Shown here one piece after another: positions 22,990-36,353 of a DNA stretch of 64,000 nucleotides. Within the stretch, counting starts at the first letter, position 1. Each line of letters begins with the position of its first letter. The DNA is from Octopus bimaculoides (Eukaryota), in contig NC_068988.1 of NCBI RefSeq assembly GCF_001194135.2, positions 11,572,163-11,636,162 of the forward strand, written 5' to 3'. The translations under genes were made by a program, and so were the position numbers. The notes under the pieces were generated by a model. It was given only the letters and a program-made list of their open reading frames with translations, made no database searches and was not told where the DNA came from.

Positions 22990-23345
22990 GAACAAAAGAT
23001 GGAGAGAGGGAGAGGGAGAGAGATAGAGAGAGAGATTGAGAGAGATTGAGAGAGAGAGAGAGAGATAAATAGTTAAGAGAGAGTTTGAGAGAGAGAGAGA
23101 TTGAGAGAGAGAGAGATTGAGAGAGAGAGAGATTGAGAGAGAGAGAGAGATTGGGAGAGGGAGAGATTGAGAGAGAGAGAGAGAGATTGAGAGAGAGAGA
23201 GAGATTGGGAGAGAGAGAGAGAGATAAATAGTTAAAGTCAGATAAAGTGAAAGAGATCGATATGCAGAATAAGAGTATGGAAGCACAGGCATACAGAGAC
23301 AGAGAAAAGAGAGAGAGAGAGAGAGAGAGTAGGAGAAGAGGGAGA
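22990..23345. repeat. (GA)n tract with periodic TT interruptions
   Basis: Repeating GAGAGAGAGATT-like units at 23020-23220. Confidence 0.92.
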
Positions 23346-24364
23346 GAGAAGGAGATAGAGAACGATGGAACGGGAGAAAGACTGAAAGAGAGATTGAATG
23401 GCTTGGGAAGAAAGGGCGAAATATTGACATTCAGAAGAATTGACGTGGAGTGACAGAGTGGAACGCAAGCATTCTGAGGGGTGGGGGGTGAGAAAGAGAT
23501 ACAGAGATACAGACAGAGAGAGAAAGAGAGAGAGAGTTTGTGTATGTGTGTTTTCCAAGCTGATCGTTATCAAAGCAGAATAGAATTTTACAAAGAAACT
23601 GACTTTGATGGGATTCAATGTTATGAGATGATTACATAAGAAAGTATTAGCTCGGTGGTGTTGTTCTTTAGTTGCTCGTTGAACAGATTTTTGATCAAGA
23701 TCTTCTCAATCGTAATTATCTCGTGTCTTATTTTTCAGTCATAATATATCTAGGACTTCATTACCCGATGTTCTAATAGTTTTTAAACACACAGTGTAAT
23801 TTTAAAGGTATTTTGAATGTTATTTTTGGCAATTTAGTTGCTGCTTTCTTGCCACAGTATGCTTGCCTGTTTTGTCTTTATGTATAGTGTTCGTTTAACA
23901 ATTACAGCTGCATCTTCCAGCTCTTGTTAAACGTGTTTATTTTGCGTTTCGTATGGGCAACAGCTGCGTTGCAATTGTTTACTTTAAATTCTTATATATG
24001 GGAAAAGATATACTGATAAACCATAGACTCACTAGTTATTGGCTGTTTGTATTTCAGATCATTTTTCAAAGCAGTTGCTCGTTTCATACATCAACTCTTT
24101 TTCGGAAAGAAAGAGAAAAGTATAGACAAGAAATAACCGGAGAGTGCGATTATAGACTTCAATTACGACTCTTCCCAAATACACACAATATTGGTTTCAA
24201 CCCATAGTTTATTTTATTAGGTTATATTATCCCTAATATTAAGTTAAACACATTATTTGACTATGATTCCAATCCAAATATTAGAAAATTACTATTCTTA
24301 AATCTCACAACGAAAGACATTCAACAACAGTACTTTGGAATGAAGACTGTTTGCCAACATAACA

Positions 24365-24460
24365 TGGCAGTCCTGGTTTAGGGCGATTGCTGCTGTAATT
24401 TAGTCCCAGGAGACACCGTCTCCAGCTGGCGATACGACACGATCTGGCGATACGACACAG
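24365..24460 (+). repeat. Dispersed repeat fragment, similar to 36410-36475
   Basis: TAACATG(G/A)CA(G/A)TCC...AGGG...TGCTGCT..TTTAG(T/C)CC(C/T)AGGA occurs at both sites. Confidence 0.55.
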
Positions 24461-24537
24461 CAACATTCGTCCTAAACCAGGATTGCCATATTATATTGGG
24501 AAGCACTCTTTACTTCAAATATTACTTATAAATTTAA

Positions 24538-25530
24538 GGCTGCGAGCCGGAAGAATCGCTAGCACTCCCTATAAAATGCTTACGTTCTGAGCTGAAATTC
24601 CGCTCACATCGGCTTTGCCTTTCATCCATTCGGAGTCTATAAAATAAGTACCAGTTGAGTACTGGGGTCGACGTAATCGACTTTCCTCTCCCCCGAAATT
24701 GCTGGCCATGTGCTAAAATTTGAAACTCATATTGTTTATAAAATTTTACTTTTTCTTCGCTCTTAAGGGCTCCTTCATTATATTTCTCTTGTTATATTGT
24801 TTATTTTTAATTTTCTTATACCTAAAAAGACTGTCCGATTTTTGAGAAGGTATATAACAGACGAAACATAAAAGTCTTTGTAATATACACGTTCTGAGTT
24901 CAAATCCACAGAGGTCGGCTTTTCTATTCATCCTTTCGACGTCGGTAAATTAAGTACCAGTTACGTATTGGGGTCGATCTAATTGACTGCCCCTCTCCCC
25001 AAAAATTTCGGGCCTTGTGCCTAGAGTAGAAAAGAATATTATTTATCATATAAGACGGTGAGCTGGCAGAAACGTTAGCACACTGGGCGAAATGCTTAGC
25101 GGTATTTCGTCTGCCGTTATTTTCTGAGTTCAAATTCCGCCCAGGTCGACTTTGCCTTTCATCCTTTCGGGGTCGATAAATTNNNNNNNNNNCCCAGGTC
25201 GACTTTGCCTTTCATCCTTTCGGGGTCGATAAATTAAGCACCTGTTACGCACTGGGGTCGATGTAATTGACTTAATCCCTTTGTCTGTCCTTGTTTGTCC
25301 CTTCTATCTTTAGCCGCTTGTTGTCAATAAAGAAATAAGAAACGTTTGCACGCCGGGCGAAATGCTTAACGGGATTTCGCCTGTCTTTACGTTCTGAGTT
25401 CAAATTCCACCGAGGTCGCCTTTGCCTTTCGGGGTCGATAAGTTACGTACCAGTTGCGTACTGGGGTTGGTCTAATCGACTACCCACCTCCCCAAGATTT
25501 GCGGGCCTTGTGCCTAGATTAGAAAAGAAT
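24538..25530 (+). mobile_element. Four co-oriented family-B SINEs (24538-24730, 24885-25035, 25053-25338, 25340-25530)
   Basis: Repeated B core GGTCGACTTTGCCTTTCATCCTTTCGGGGTCGATAAA. The third copy has the Tx1-like tail; the others have the GGCCTTGTGCCTAG type. Confidence 0.9.
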
Positions 25531-26650
25531 ATTATTTATTATATGAAATTTTAAATCCCTGATCCAAACATGAGACATTGGCTGTTAATGGATTAAAAGC
25601 ATATTAGTTACTTGTTATAGATTCTGATAGGTTTCATGCATGCAAATTAAATTAATTATAACTACTGAGTTCTAAATGATGACAAATTTTGGAGATGCTG
25701 TTCTGTTATTAACCTCAAGGTCAGATTTACGCGACTAGGCTATCGATCAAATGGATTTGGGTTCCATACGAACCCACCCAGTTTTTGTTTGTTTTCTGCA
25801 GTGAACATTTCTTGAGAACATTACTCAGTGTGTTCTTTTTAAAAAGTGAGAAAAAGAATAGCGTATGATTTGAGGGAGATTTGGTTTCTATCTGATGCAA
25901 ATCGAATGACTCAGTCAAAAATCCGTTACTGGCTCGTGAATTTAAGGGCCATTATTTGCAATGAAATTAAGGGACTGTTACCAAAATTAATAACATAATT
26001 TGACTTGTCAGATCCCTACTTGAAAGAAACACATCACTCAACTATGGTCCGAGTAAAATTGGCGCAATTCCATAAAATCGATATGGAAGGTCATCTTGAC
26101 TCAACGAGAGATATATGTTTCTAAGGAAACATTTTCATCTGCGATATCAAAACGAAAAAGGAAGAAAAAAAAACCAACTACCAAGCCGCAATTAAAAATC
26201 AACAATAGATGCCCACAACACTCGCTACCATATTCAAAAGAATGATATTCTCAATTAATAAAACCGTTGCTCAAGCTTCATGATTCGCACAATATTATCC
26301 CTCAATCTTCCTTCACCATCGATAATCCTTCTCTTTAAGAAAAGGCATCAGATTCCTCTCAGCACGCTGCAGGCTAATCTCATTCATGCAATCATCAATC
26401 TCTTTAAAAAGAAAACTAAAAACCATGTGATCGCATCAAAAGTTACTACACAGCTGCTGCAATCATGAGATTATTGAAATTGCACAAATCGATATAAGAT
26501 CCACGTTGGATGCCATTTTTATGAAATCTTCAACAACCTCTGACGGCTTCATTACAGTCGTAAAAGAGATCTGAACAAAAGGCTTTAATAATCATTTGGT
26601 GTTTTGCACCAAAAATTTCTTGACTAGAGGGCAAACTCACAGTTAGTTTG

Positions 26651-26776
26651 GAAGAAGAAGAAGAAGAAGAAGAAGAAGAAGAAGAAGAAGAAGAAGAAGA
26701 AGAAGAAGAAGAAGAAGAAGAAGAAGAAGAAGAAGAAGAAGAAGAAGAAGAAGAAGAAGAAGAAGAAGAAGAAGAA
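26651..26776. repeat. Pure (GAA)n, about 42 units
   Basis: Direct read of the sequence. Confidence 0.98.
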
Positions 26777-27103
26777 ATAATTAAAGCAAAACAAAAAAAA
26801 ACAACTGAAAAGTGATAGCTAAAATTATTTCGTCTCTTTTAATAAGCGCCTCTCGTAATGTTTTCAGTATTAGATCCAGATGTAAAGGCGAAACCTCAGT
26901 CATCAAAATGTAGTCACCATATACAATTATTGAAAACATTCCTTGGGAAAGAAAGCGATGCATGATCAAGAGTATGAATTCTGTAAAAGTAGATACTCTG
27001 ATATATGTGTGTGTGTGTGTGTGCGCGCGCGCGCGTGTGTGTGTATGTATATGTGTGTATATGTATGTATGTATGTATATATATATATATATATATATTT
27101 AAA

Positions 27104-27143
<40 letters not shown>

Positions 27144-28575
27144 CCACACACACACACTCACACACATACACACTTAATGTACAACAATTAATATAATCTT
27201 CTCGCTCACATAAGCGTCGGGGATTATGTAACAAACTGTGAAAGCATTCGTGAAATTTACGACGTGTAATGAATATTTCATATATAAAATGTTCTCTACA
27301 AAAATCCAGCTTAATAATTGCTGGTGTCATCGCTGTTGATGTTGTTAATTTTGATGCCTATTCGATCTGTATTGATTTGACCCTTAACGTATGATGAAAA
27401 TTCTTATAGATACAATCTTCCTGTCTTTTATCTTCTGGTAGTGTATACTGTGAACTACATTATCTAATGTGTAGCTATATATATATATGTGGATATATAT
27501 GTAGCATATATATATATATGGATGTATATGTGTATATATGTGTGTGTGTTTACATACATATATAAATATAGTTTTGTATGATTCGGTAACCTCGTTATCC
27601 AGACGTGGGCAGAAAATAAAACAATATGTTCGTTTCGAACCAGTAAGAAGACCTCTTCATGATCTTACCACTTACAAGAAATAACATCCACATTCCCTCA
27701 AATTACGCTCTCTCCACATGTTTGTTGACAAAATCCCAGATATTTACGGCTTGACTGCTAGTTATCGTAGAACAAATCCAACCTCAACGAGATTTCATCT
27801 TAAACTTCACAACACAAACCAAACAACAGCCATATATTTCTATGATTCATCATAGCAACACCGAACGTTCACACACATTTAATAGTGTAGTGTACATATC
27901 TAATATATTTGCATTCCATTCGATTCCTTGTATCTTTCTCAGCTTTCAACCTTTGTGTCAATAACATCAGCGTCATCAACATTTGCTGAGTCGTGAAAAA
28001 AATGTGTTAATATTATACATGTTGTAGCAAATGACATTTCGTTCTGATAATTGGCGATCTCAGATAAGCTTTATCTGCTTTCTGTCAATGTAGTTTCCTT
28101 TTCACTTTTATTTTTATTTGTAACTTTTTTTTTTTTTTTTTTTGGTATGTTTCTTTGATCGTATGCATTTCTGGAAAAGATTTGAACTTTGCCTTAATAT
28201 TTTCTGTAGCTCTCGAATATTCAGAAGCGAGGCGCATGCGTGTTCAATCAAACGCTAAAAACTTTCCAAATGCACTTATACACACGCAAATGGTTCGAGA
28301 TATGTGTGTGTGCATGTGCGTGTAGGTATGTGTGTGTATGTGTGTGTGCGTGCGTCGTGTGTGTGTGCGTGTGTGAGTACACAGCCTCATAATAAGTGGA
28401 AATAAACACATACTTGAATAGACATGTACACGAACATACATGTGTATTTATATAATATATCTAGAGCGACATATACACATATGTATATGTAGGGATCTAA
28501 ACAGATATTTCTATCTGCACACACGTGTGGATATATACATATATATGTATGTGTGTCTGTCTGTCTATGCCTGTG

Positions 28576-28651
<76 letters not shown>

Positions 28652-29561
28652 CAAATACGTACATACGGTTATGCAACGTTCATGTATATTCACATATATA
28701 TATGCCTGTATATTCATGTGTATATGAGCGATTGTATGTGCTTGCGCCCTAAGCAGATTTACCATTTATCTCATCTGAAGTGAGCAGCAGAAGTAAAAAC
28801 ACAACTACTGTTATATGAAATTTCAAGTAACTTACAAAAGAAATTTTGATGCAATTGCCGAGAGTAACGTAAGGTTTCGTAACATCTACCATTCATTATC
28901 TTAAATAGCCTGCCTGACTTTTGGTGAGAAGCTGGTGCTATTTTAGTTCGACCTATCATCGCAGTTGGAATTTATATTTTGTCAGCAGTAAATGTGATTT
29001 TTTTACAGTCATTTTTCTTTATTCCTTTCTCTGTAAAACGAAGTAAAAATAGTCTTGCGGAAAAATAAACTTTTTCCTCACTCTTCTAAACAATTACTGT
29101 CTTGCAGTCGTCTTCTCTGTCAAAATTTCTCTTTTAACTTCTTCAGCTGATCATTAGCATTTTACTATATTATGACTACGTGCATGGATCAGGAATTGAG
29201 CCAAAGTTTTGCCTGGGTCATTTGAGTTCTAATTGAGCTGTATATGTTTATTTCTTATTTTTATTTTTTTATTTTATTTTATTTTTTGTTATTTACCATT
29301 ATAGCATCGAGTTCAGAACAGTACTGGAGGAATATTTTTGTCATGGACAAGTGAATTTTGGAAGCGGGGCCTTGCAAGTCTACCAGATAGATGAACGTGC
29401 AATGTAGAGAATGAAGGAGAGCATATTTTAAATTAAAAAAGATTTTGTTTATCTTAATTTTAAAAATTAAAAGCAGTATAAAAAACCACAATATTTATGG
29501 TATGACAACATATANNNNNNNNNNNNNNNNNNNNNNNNNNNNNNNNNNNNNNNNNNNNNNN

Positions 29562-29613
<52 letters not shown>

Positions 29614-29614
29614 T

Positions 29615-29651
<37 letters not shown>

Positions 29652-29884
29652 TGTTAAAGAGGACAACAAATGTTAAGGCAAGACAAACATCTCAAGTCAA
29701 ATACATTATTATTATTGGAAAAAAAATTCCAATAATGATAACGTATAATCCGTTATATCAGAAATCGACAATGGTTTCATAACGCCCGTCTCGGCTATAA
29801 CCTTGGAGCCCTGATAATCCTTAGCAGCACTTACACAGCATACCTAGTCGTTCAGATCACCAGTGAATAAACCCCCGTATTTCG

Positions 29885-29981
<97 letters not shown>

Positions 29982-29989
29982 TTGAAATT

Positions 29990-30125
29990 TACAGAAAAAC
30001 AAGACAAAACAGGTGTATAAACAATAAGCAGGTGTATTAGTTTGATACTCGGGAAGATGAGAATGTCTTTTACGTTTCGAACCTGCGCTCTTTAACAGAA
30101 AAGAACATGAGGAAATAAACAGAGA
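29990..30125 (-). mobile_element. Penelope-like repeat remnant with hammerhead-like motif at 30066-30103
   Basis: Minus strand: CUUUU-CUGUUAA-A-GAGC-GCAG-GUUC-GAAA-CGU-A-AAAG. Same family as 2140-2295. Confidence 0.55.
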
Positions 30126-30158
30126 GGGAGAATATATATATATATACACACACATACA

Positions 30159-30262
30159 CGGGCCTATAGTAGAAAGTCCTTACCGAAGGTGCCACGCAGC
30201 GGGACTGAACCCGAAAGCGTTTAGTTGGAAAGCAAACTTCTTACTACACAACCATACCCGCT
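30159..30262 (-). mobile_element. SINE family A, 5' part
   Basis: GGGCCTATAGTAGAA...GGGACTGAACCC...AAACTTCTTACTACACAACC. Confidence 0.8.
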
Positions 30263-30877
30263 ATAAATCGTAAACAATTATCCAGTTGGGTGTTTTAAAT
30301 AGATACTAGGCCGAACGTATTTGGTTAAGAAATATGAGCGGAATAATATTCTACAGTCGTGGTTGTAGAGAAGCCATTTCAGAAATGTTTAATTAAGAAG
30401 TTGCAGAATATTAGAGAACTTGAACCTTTAGTTGGAGTCGTAGTAATATTATCAGGAGTAAATTATAAGGTAACCTGACTCATATAGATTGGCTGCAGGG
30501 CAATGAGATATGATTGCAGTAACGAGAGAGCTAACACAACGGAATATAATATCTGCAGTAGGATAGACACAGGCATAACAGCGGTTAAAATCGCTTTGAA
30601 AAGTCGTGATGTAAGGCTCGATCCTTTTGCGCGGCGCCCGTATAGGGAGAGATATCTTTCTTTGTAACCTAACAGTTGACCAATGTCTTGTGAGTGTATT
30701 TAGTGTACGGAAACTTAAAGAAATTGGTCGTTTGTGTGTGTGTGAAACTTTTATATTTTATCTTCCATCTTTTATATGCTTTTATATGCTTCTATATACT
30801 GCGAACCTGCTGGGGTATCGCCTTAAAGAACTATAATCGAAAATGCATCTCTGTACGTATTTATTTTTAAAGCCTAG

Positions 30878-30964
30878 TGCATTACATTGGGTAAGTGTCT
30901 TCTACTATAGCCTACTAATGCCTTGTGAGTGGATTTGGTAGACGGAAAATGAAAGAAGCCGTTG
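30878..30964 (+). mobile_element. SINE family A fragment running into a gap at its internal (TA)n
   Basis: AAGTGTCTTCTACTATAGCC...GTGAGTGGATTTGGTAGACGGAAAATGAAAGAAGCC. Confidence 0.85.
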
Positions 30965-31505
30965 CATATATANNNNNNNNNNNNNNNNNNNNNNNNNNNN
31001 NNNNNNNNNNNNNNNNNNNNNNNNNNNNNNNNNNNNNNNNNNNNNNNNNNNNNNNNNNNNNNNNNNNNNNNNNNNNNNNNNNNNNNNNNNNNNNNNNNNN
31101 NNNNNNNNNNNNNNNNNNNNNNNNNNNNNNNNNNNNNNNNNNNNNNNNNNNNNNNNNNNNNNNNNNNNNNNNNNNNNNNNNNNNNNNNNNNNNNNNNNNN
31201 NNNNNNNNNNNNNNNNNNNNNNNNNNNNNNNNNNNNNNNNNNNNNNNNNNNNNNNNNNNNNNNNNNNNNNNNNNNNNNNNNNNNNNNNNNNNNNNNNNNN
31301 NNNNNNNNNNNNNNNNNNNNNNNNNNNNNNNNNNNNNNNNNNNNNNNNNNNNNNNNNNNNNNNNNNNNNNNNNNNNNNNNNNNNNNNNNNNNNNNNNNNN
31401 NNNNNNNNNNNNNNNNNNNNNNNNNNNNNNNNNNNNNNNNNNNNNNNNNNNNNNNNNNNNNNNNNNNNNNNNNNNNNNNNNNNNNNNNNNNNNNNNNNNN
31501 NNNNN

Positions 31506-31548
<43 letters not shown>

Positions 31549-32049
31549 ACGTATATTTGTGCTAATACCTGTACATATATACGAATCTATATACATGTTA
31601 ACATCAACAAAGTCAGCATATAGATCTGAAATATATCTGAATTTCTGCATTTGTTATCAATTTTTGGTCAGGAGGCCCTGTAGCTTTCTGGTGTGGTATA
31701 ATTAGATTTAATACGTATACACCGCCAAATACGGTCGTGGATTAAATTATACTTCATATGGCCACTTACACAATATATGCAAACTAGACATGTCTTCAGA
31801 AGATTTGGCGCGCTTCCAAGACGCTCGTTTTGGTCCTTGATTAGCAGTAGGCTGCATATTATCGTCGCATAGGTGAATAGATTTTATATTATGCATATAT
31901 ATACATATACATACATATATATACACACACACACATATATATTTACATGCATACATACATATATATATGTATATTTATGTATATATGTATGTACATATAT
32001 ACAGGTATATGTCTGTATATATATGTATGTATGCATGTATGTATACATA

Positions 32050-32110
<61 letters not shown>

Positions 32111-32253
32111 GTACATAAACATACAATGAATATCTTTATATGCATACACACAAACGCATAAATCTTTTTATACGCACTCTCACCTACACACGTACGTATA
32201 TACATACACATACATATAAATGTATTATTATGTACTGCGATATATATACAAAA

Positions 32254-32287
<34 letters not shown>

Positions 32288-32445
32288 GTATGGATATCTA
32301 TATATATATATATGTGTGTGTGTATATATATATGAGTGTGTATACATATATGTATATACTCTCATTTATACATATAATTACACGTATGTATATGTATATT
32401 TATATATGAACCATTCTCTCTCTATATATATATATCTATATATGT

Positions 32446-32483
<38 letters not shown>

Positions 32484-33139
32484 CATCACACATGCAAACT
32501 CTCATCTGCAATTACACAAATGTACAGAGAGAATGAGAAAGACTTTTAGATACTATGTATAGATTTATACGACTAAATATGCCTGCAAGGCTTTTTCTTG
32601 GTACAAACAGTTACTTCTTTACTCGGCCATTTTTTTTTTATATCTTTCTTGCAGTTGTGCTTGAACAATTTTCACTATTAATTCTCTGTTCTTTTGAAGT
32701 GAAGACGTTGATTTCTAGACATATAGTTTCACACACAAATGTGGACTCANNNNNNNNNNNNNNNNNNNNNNNNNNNNNNNNNNNNNNNNNNNNNNNNNNN
32801 NNNNNNNNNNNNNNNNNNNNNNNNNNNNNNNNNNNNNNNNNNNNNNNNNNNNNNNNNNNNNNNNNNNNNNNNNNNNNNNNNNNNNNNNNNNNNNNNNNNN
32901 NNNNNNNNNNNNNNNNNNNNNNNNNNNNNNNNNNNNNNNNNNNNNNNNNNNNNNNNNNNNNNNNNNNNNNNNNNNNNNNNNNNNNNNNNNNNNNNNNNNN
33001 NNNNNNNNNNNNNNNNNNNNNNNNNNNNNNNNNNNNNNNNNNNNNNNNNNNNNNNNNNNNNNNNNNNNNNNNNNNNNNNNNNNNNNNNNNNNNNNNNNNN
33101 NNNNNNNNNNNNNNNNNNNNNNNNNNNNNNNNNNNNNNN

Positions 33140-33198
<59 letters not shown>

Positions 33199-33757
33199 CA
33201 TACATATATATATATATAACACACACATGTATATTTGTATGTCCATATATATTTGTAGATATAGGTTTCTGTCACTTTGTGTATGTATACGTATTTACAT
33301 GTCAGTGTATACAAATGTCCGGATGTATATGTATTTGTGTATGTGTACACATACGTTAGTATGTATCTGTCTGCGTGTAGGTATATATGTTTGTGTTTGC
33401 GTGTTCTTATGTATATATTCACCTGATGCCATCTGTTCGTATTAGCGTTTCATCAATATTAGATCAATAGCTGTCATATAGGTTTGCATATACTGTGTGG
33501 ACTGATATGGTCACCTGCTTCATATCAAAATTGCGAAACTTGATGTAAGAAACAGACTGGGTGAAAATATCGCTGTTAGCATGAGCTTAGAGATTTTCCT
33601 ATTATTGTTACAATTTACAATTTGAAAAGAACTCTGGCCGGGTGTTGAAACCGGTTGTTAATATATAAATCCTTTAAAACTGTTTATTTTAAGCGTACGT
33701 ATGGCTGTGTCCCACTAGGCATTCCTTTGGGCAAGTGTCTTTTGCGATAGCCTGTGA

Positions 33758-34140
33758 CAAAAACAGCACCATGATGCAATTCGCTCAGCCAGAAATTTGG
33801 AAACGACATGTACGCTTGGCATTCGCTGTGGAAGCCCCAACACGAACATTTCAAAGTGTTTGGGTGTCAATCTGTGGACAGTGCAACCTGAGGACATGTA
33901 CTAAGAGTAATAAAAATCAAACATCCAGTCAACATCATAATGTTTGGAGTGATCACTAGTGATGGTGATGTTATGCCTCCATTCATCTTCCCACACGGCC
34001 TTAGAGTCAGCAACGAAGCCTACATGAAGTGCCTGCAGAAGGGAGTGCTGCTCTGGGACAAGCGAATGGCTGCTGAATGACTACCCTTGGCCACATGACT
34101 CTGCACTAAACTACACATGCAGGGGAAGCCGTCATGGCTT
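33758..34140 (+). pseudogene. Internally deleted Tc1/mariner-superfamily transposase remnant
   Basis: N-terminal MMQFAQPEIWKRH and HTH-like GSPNTNISKCLGVNLWTVQ are joined directly to catalytic-domain KIKHPVNIIMFGVITSDGDVMPPFIFPHGLRVSNEAYMKCL...W(PH)DSA (the QQDxA position of the second Asp). Confidence 0.8.
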
Positions 34141-34216
34141 GCACGTTAATTTCATGACCAGGATGTTTCGCTGCTTGGATCAACTGCAACACTCTTCGTC
34201 ATAACAGGCGGAGTGG
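34141..34216 (+). mobile_element. SINE family C, 3' fragment
   Basis: GCACGTTAATTTCATGACCAGGATGTTTCG...GGATCAACTG...CATAACAGGCGGAGT. Confidence 0.65.
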
Positions 34217-35104
34217 GGATATTTACTATGGGATTTATACAGAAATTAATAGTTGCTTAACCTCCATACTGGATGGAAACCGGATTATCAGTGATAATCT
34301 ACGGGTGTGCGATGGAATATAAACATAACAGCAGCACCCGTGCATCTTTTTGTACACACAAGACATTTTCTGTGTGTATAATTCTTCTTCGCAGACTTTC
34401 ACCTAATGCGGGTGGATATTTTGGAACGTAACACCCGCGATAGTCAAGAGATTGCTAGATGTTTTTTTAGCGGGGCCGTACCCTGAAATTACTAATGTTA
34501 ATGATTTCACTGGTTACACAACAAAATCTAGATCTCTAAGCTGATTTACTTTCTGCCGAATTCCTGATGCTGTACGCCAAAGTATACTAATACTCACACA
34601 CGCACACATACACACACACATACATATATAGATCCGTTAACACATACACATCGATCCGTTAACACACCCGCATAGATCTCCTCTCTTCAAATCATACATA
34701 ATACATATCTCATTCGATACCAACATCAAAACGAATACATCCTATAATAGGAGGTTATATTATGCAGTTGAAATTTGCCTGATATTTTTTTTTTAAGCTA
34801 GATTCACAGGTTACGACGCAATCATAAATTTTAATCTTTTTCTTTTATTTTGCAATCCTTTGGGGAAATTCGTTGAAAGTAAATGGGAAAGAGAGACCAA
34901 AGGAGAATTCATTTTATATTTTTTTAAATCATTTTAATGTTTCAATAATGTGTTGGTAGAATAATGCTGTCTATGCAAATTCTTAAGGGGCAACACGAGC
35001 ACATATATATACACATCAACGAACACACATATATATACATTCATACGCACCATATCTCACATCAGATACGCTCATACACAAACACAAGCATACATCCATA
35101 CGTA

Positions 35105-35149
<45 letters not shown>

Positions 35150-35159
35150 NNNNNNNNNN

Positions 35160-35203
<44 letters not shown>

Positions 35204-35567
35204 ACGAGAACAGGAGAACACACACATATATCTATACGTATGCATGCCGGCACGACAAGCTGTTAGAAAAACAGCGTGGTCTTGTTGGAGACAGATTCCT
35301 ATCAGATGATCGTGTGTAATTTCCGTGTGTATGTGTCGCAATCTAGCTGAAACAAGTGTGTTATGTCCAAATTGCTTTACTTGAATTACTTCAGATCTTA
35401 GTAATGGTGGTTTTCTAAGCAATGTCTTTGCGGACAATTAAACAGGTTATTCAGTGACTGTTGAAATCCCACTACAAGAGCAAAACAAGTGCAGCTGTCT
35501 AATATACACATGTGCACATACAAACACAGACGCAGATACATACGCACACACATACGCGCACGTATAT

Positions 35568-35612
<45 letters not shown>

Positions 35613-36283
35613 NNNNNNNNNNNNNNNNNNNNNNNNNNNNNNNNNNNNNNNNNNNNNNNNNNNNNNNNNNNNNNNNNNNNNNNNNNNNNNNNNNNNNNNN
35701 NNNNNNNNNNNNNNNNNNNNNNNNNNNNNNNNNNNNNNNNNNNNNNNNNNNNNNNNNNNNNNNNNNNNNNNNNNNNNNNNNNNNNNNNNNNNNNNNNNNN
35801 NNNNNNNNNNNNNNNNNNNNNNNNNNNNNNNNNNNNNNNNNNNNNNNNNNNNNNNNNNNNNNNNNNNNNNNNNNNNNNNNNNNNNNNNNNNNNNNNNNNN
35901 NNNNNNNNNNNNNNNNNNNNNNNNNNNNNNNNNNNNNNNNNNNNNNNNNNNNNNNNNNNNNNNNNNNNNNNNNNNNNNNNNNNNNNNNNNNNNNNNNNNN
36001 NNNNNNNNNNNNNNNNNNNNNNNNNNNNNNNNNNNNNNNNNNNNNNNNNNNNNNNNNNNNNNNNNNNNNNNNNNNNNNNNNNNNNNNNNNNNNNNNNNNN
36101 NNNNNNNNNNNNNNNNNNNNNNNNNNNNNNNNNNNNNNNNNNNNNNNNNNNNNNNNNNNNNNNNNNNNNNNNNNNNNNNNNNNNNNNNNNNNNNNNNNNN
36201 NNNNNNNNNNNNNNNNNNNNNNNNNNNNNNNNNNNNNNNNNNNNNNNNNNNNNNNNNNNNNNNNNNNNNNNNNNNNNNNNNNN

Positions 36284-36353
<70 letters not shown>

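Noticed and set aside
25141-25233. 42-bp direct duplication
   Set aside because: It straddles a 10-N gap and is a typical contig-overlap artefact.
25920-26640. Possible old LINE-derived sequence
   Set aside because: I could not recover any RT or endonuclease motif in any frame.
27230-27325. Frame NEYFIYKMFSTKIQLN resembling a GIY-YIG C-terminal tail
   Set aside because: Too short and frameshifted to support without a profile search.
27620-27665. Possible third hammerhead (minus strand AUCAUGAAGAGGUC...GGUUCGAAACG)
   Set aside because: No CUGA core and stem II barely pairs; too decayed to call.
28210-28295. Frame ALEYSEARRMRVQSNAKNFPNAL after ATTTTCTGTAG
   Set aside because: No good donor, and the frame runs into (TG)n.
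33424-33513. Minus-strand AG...CAG|GTGAAT exon-like segment
   Set aside because: All three frames are closed and the acceptor is weak.
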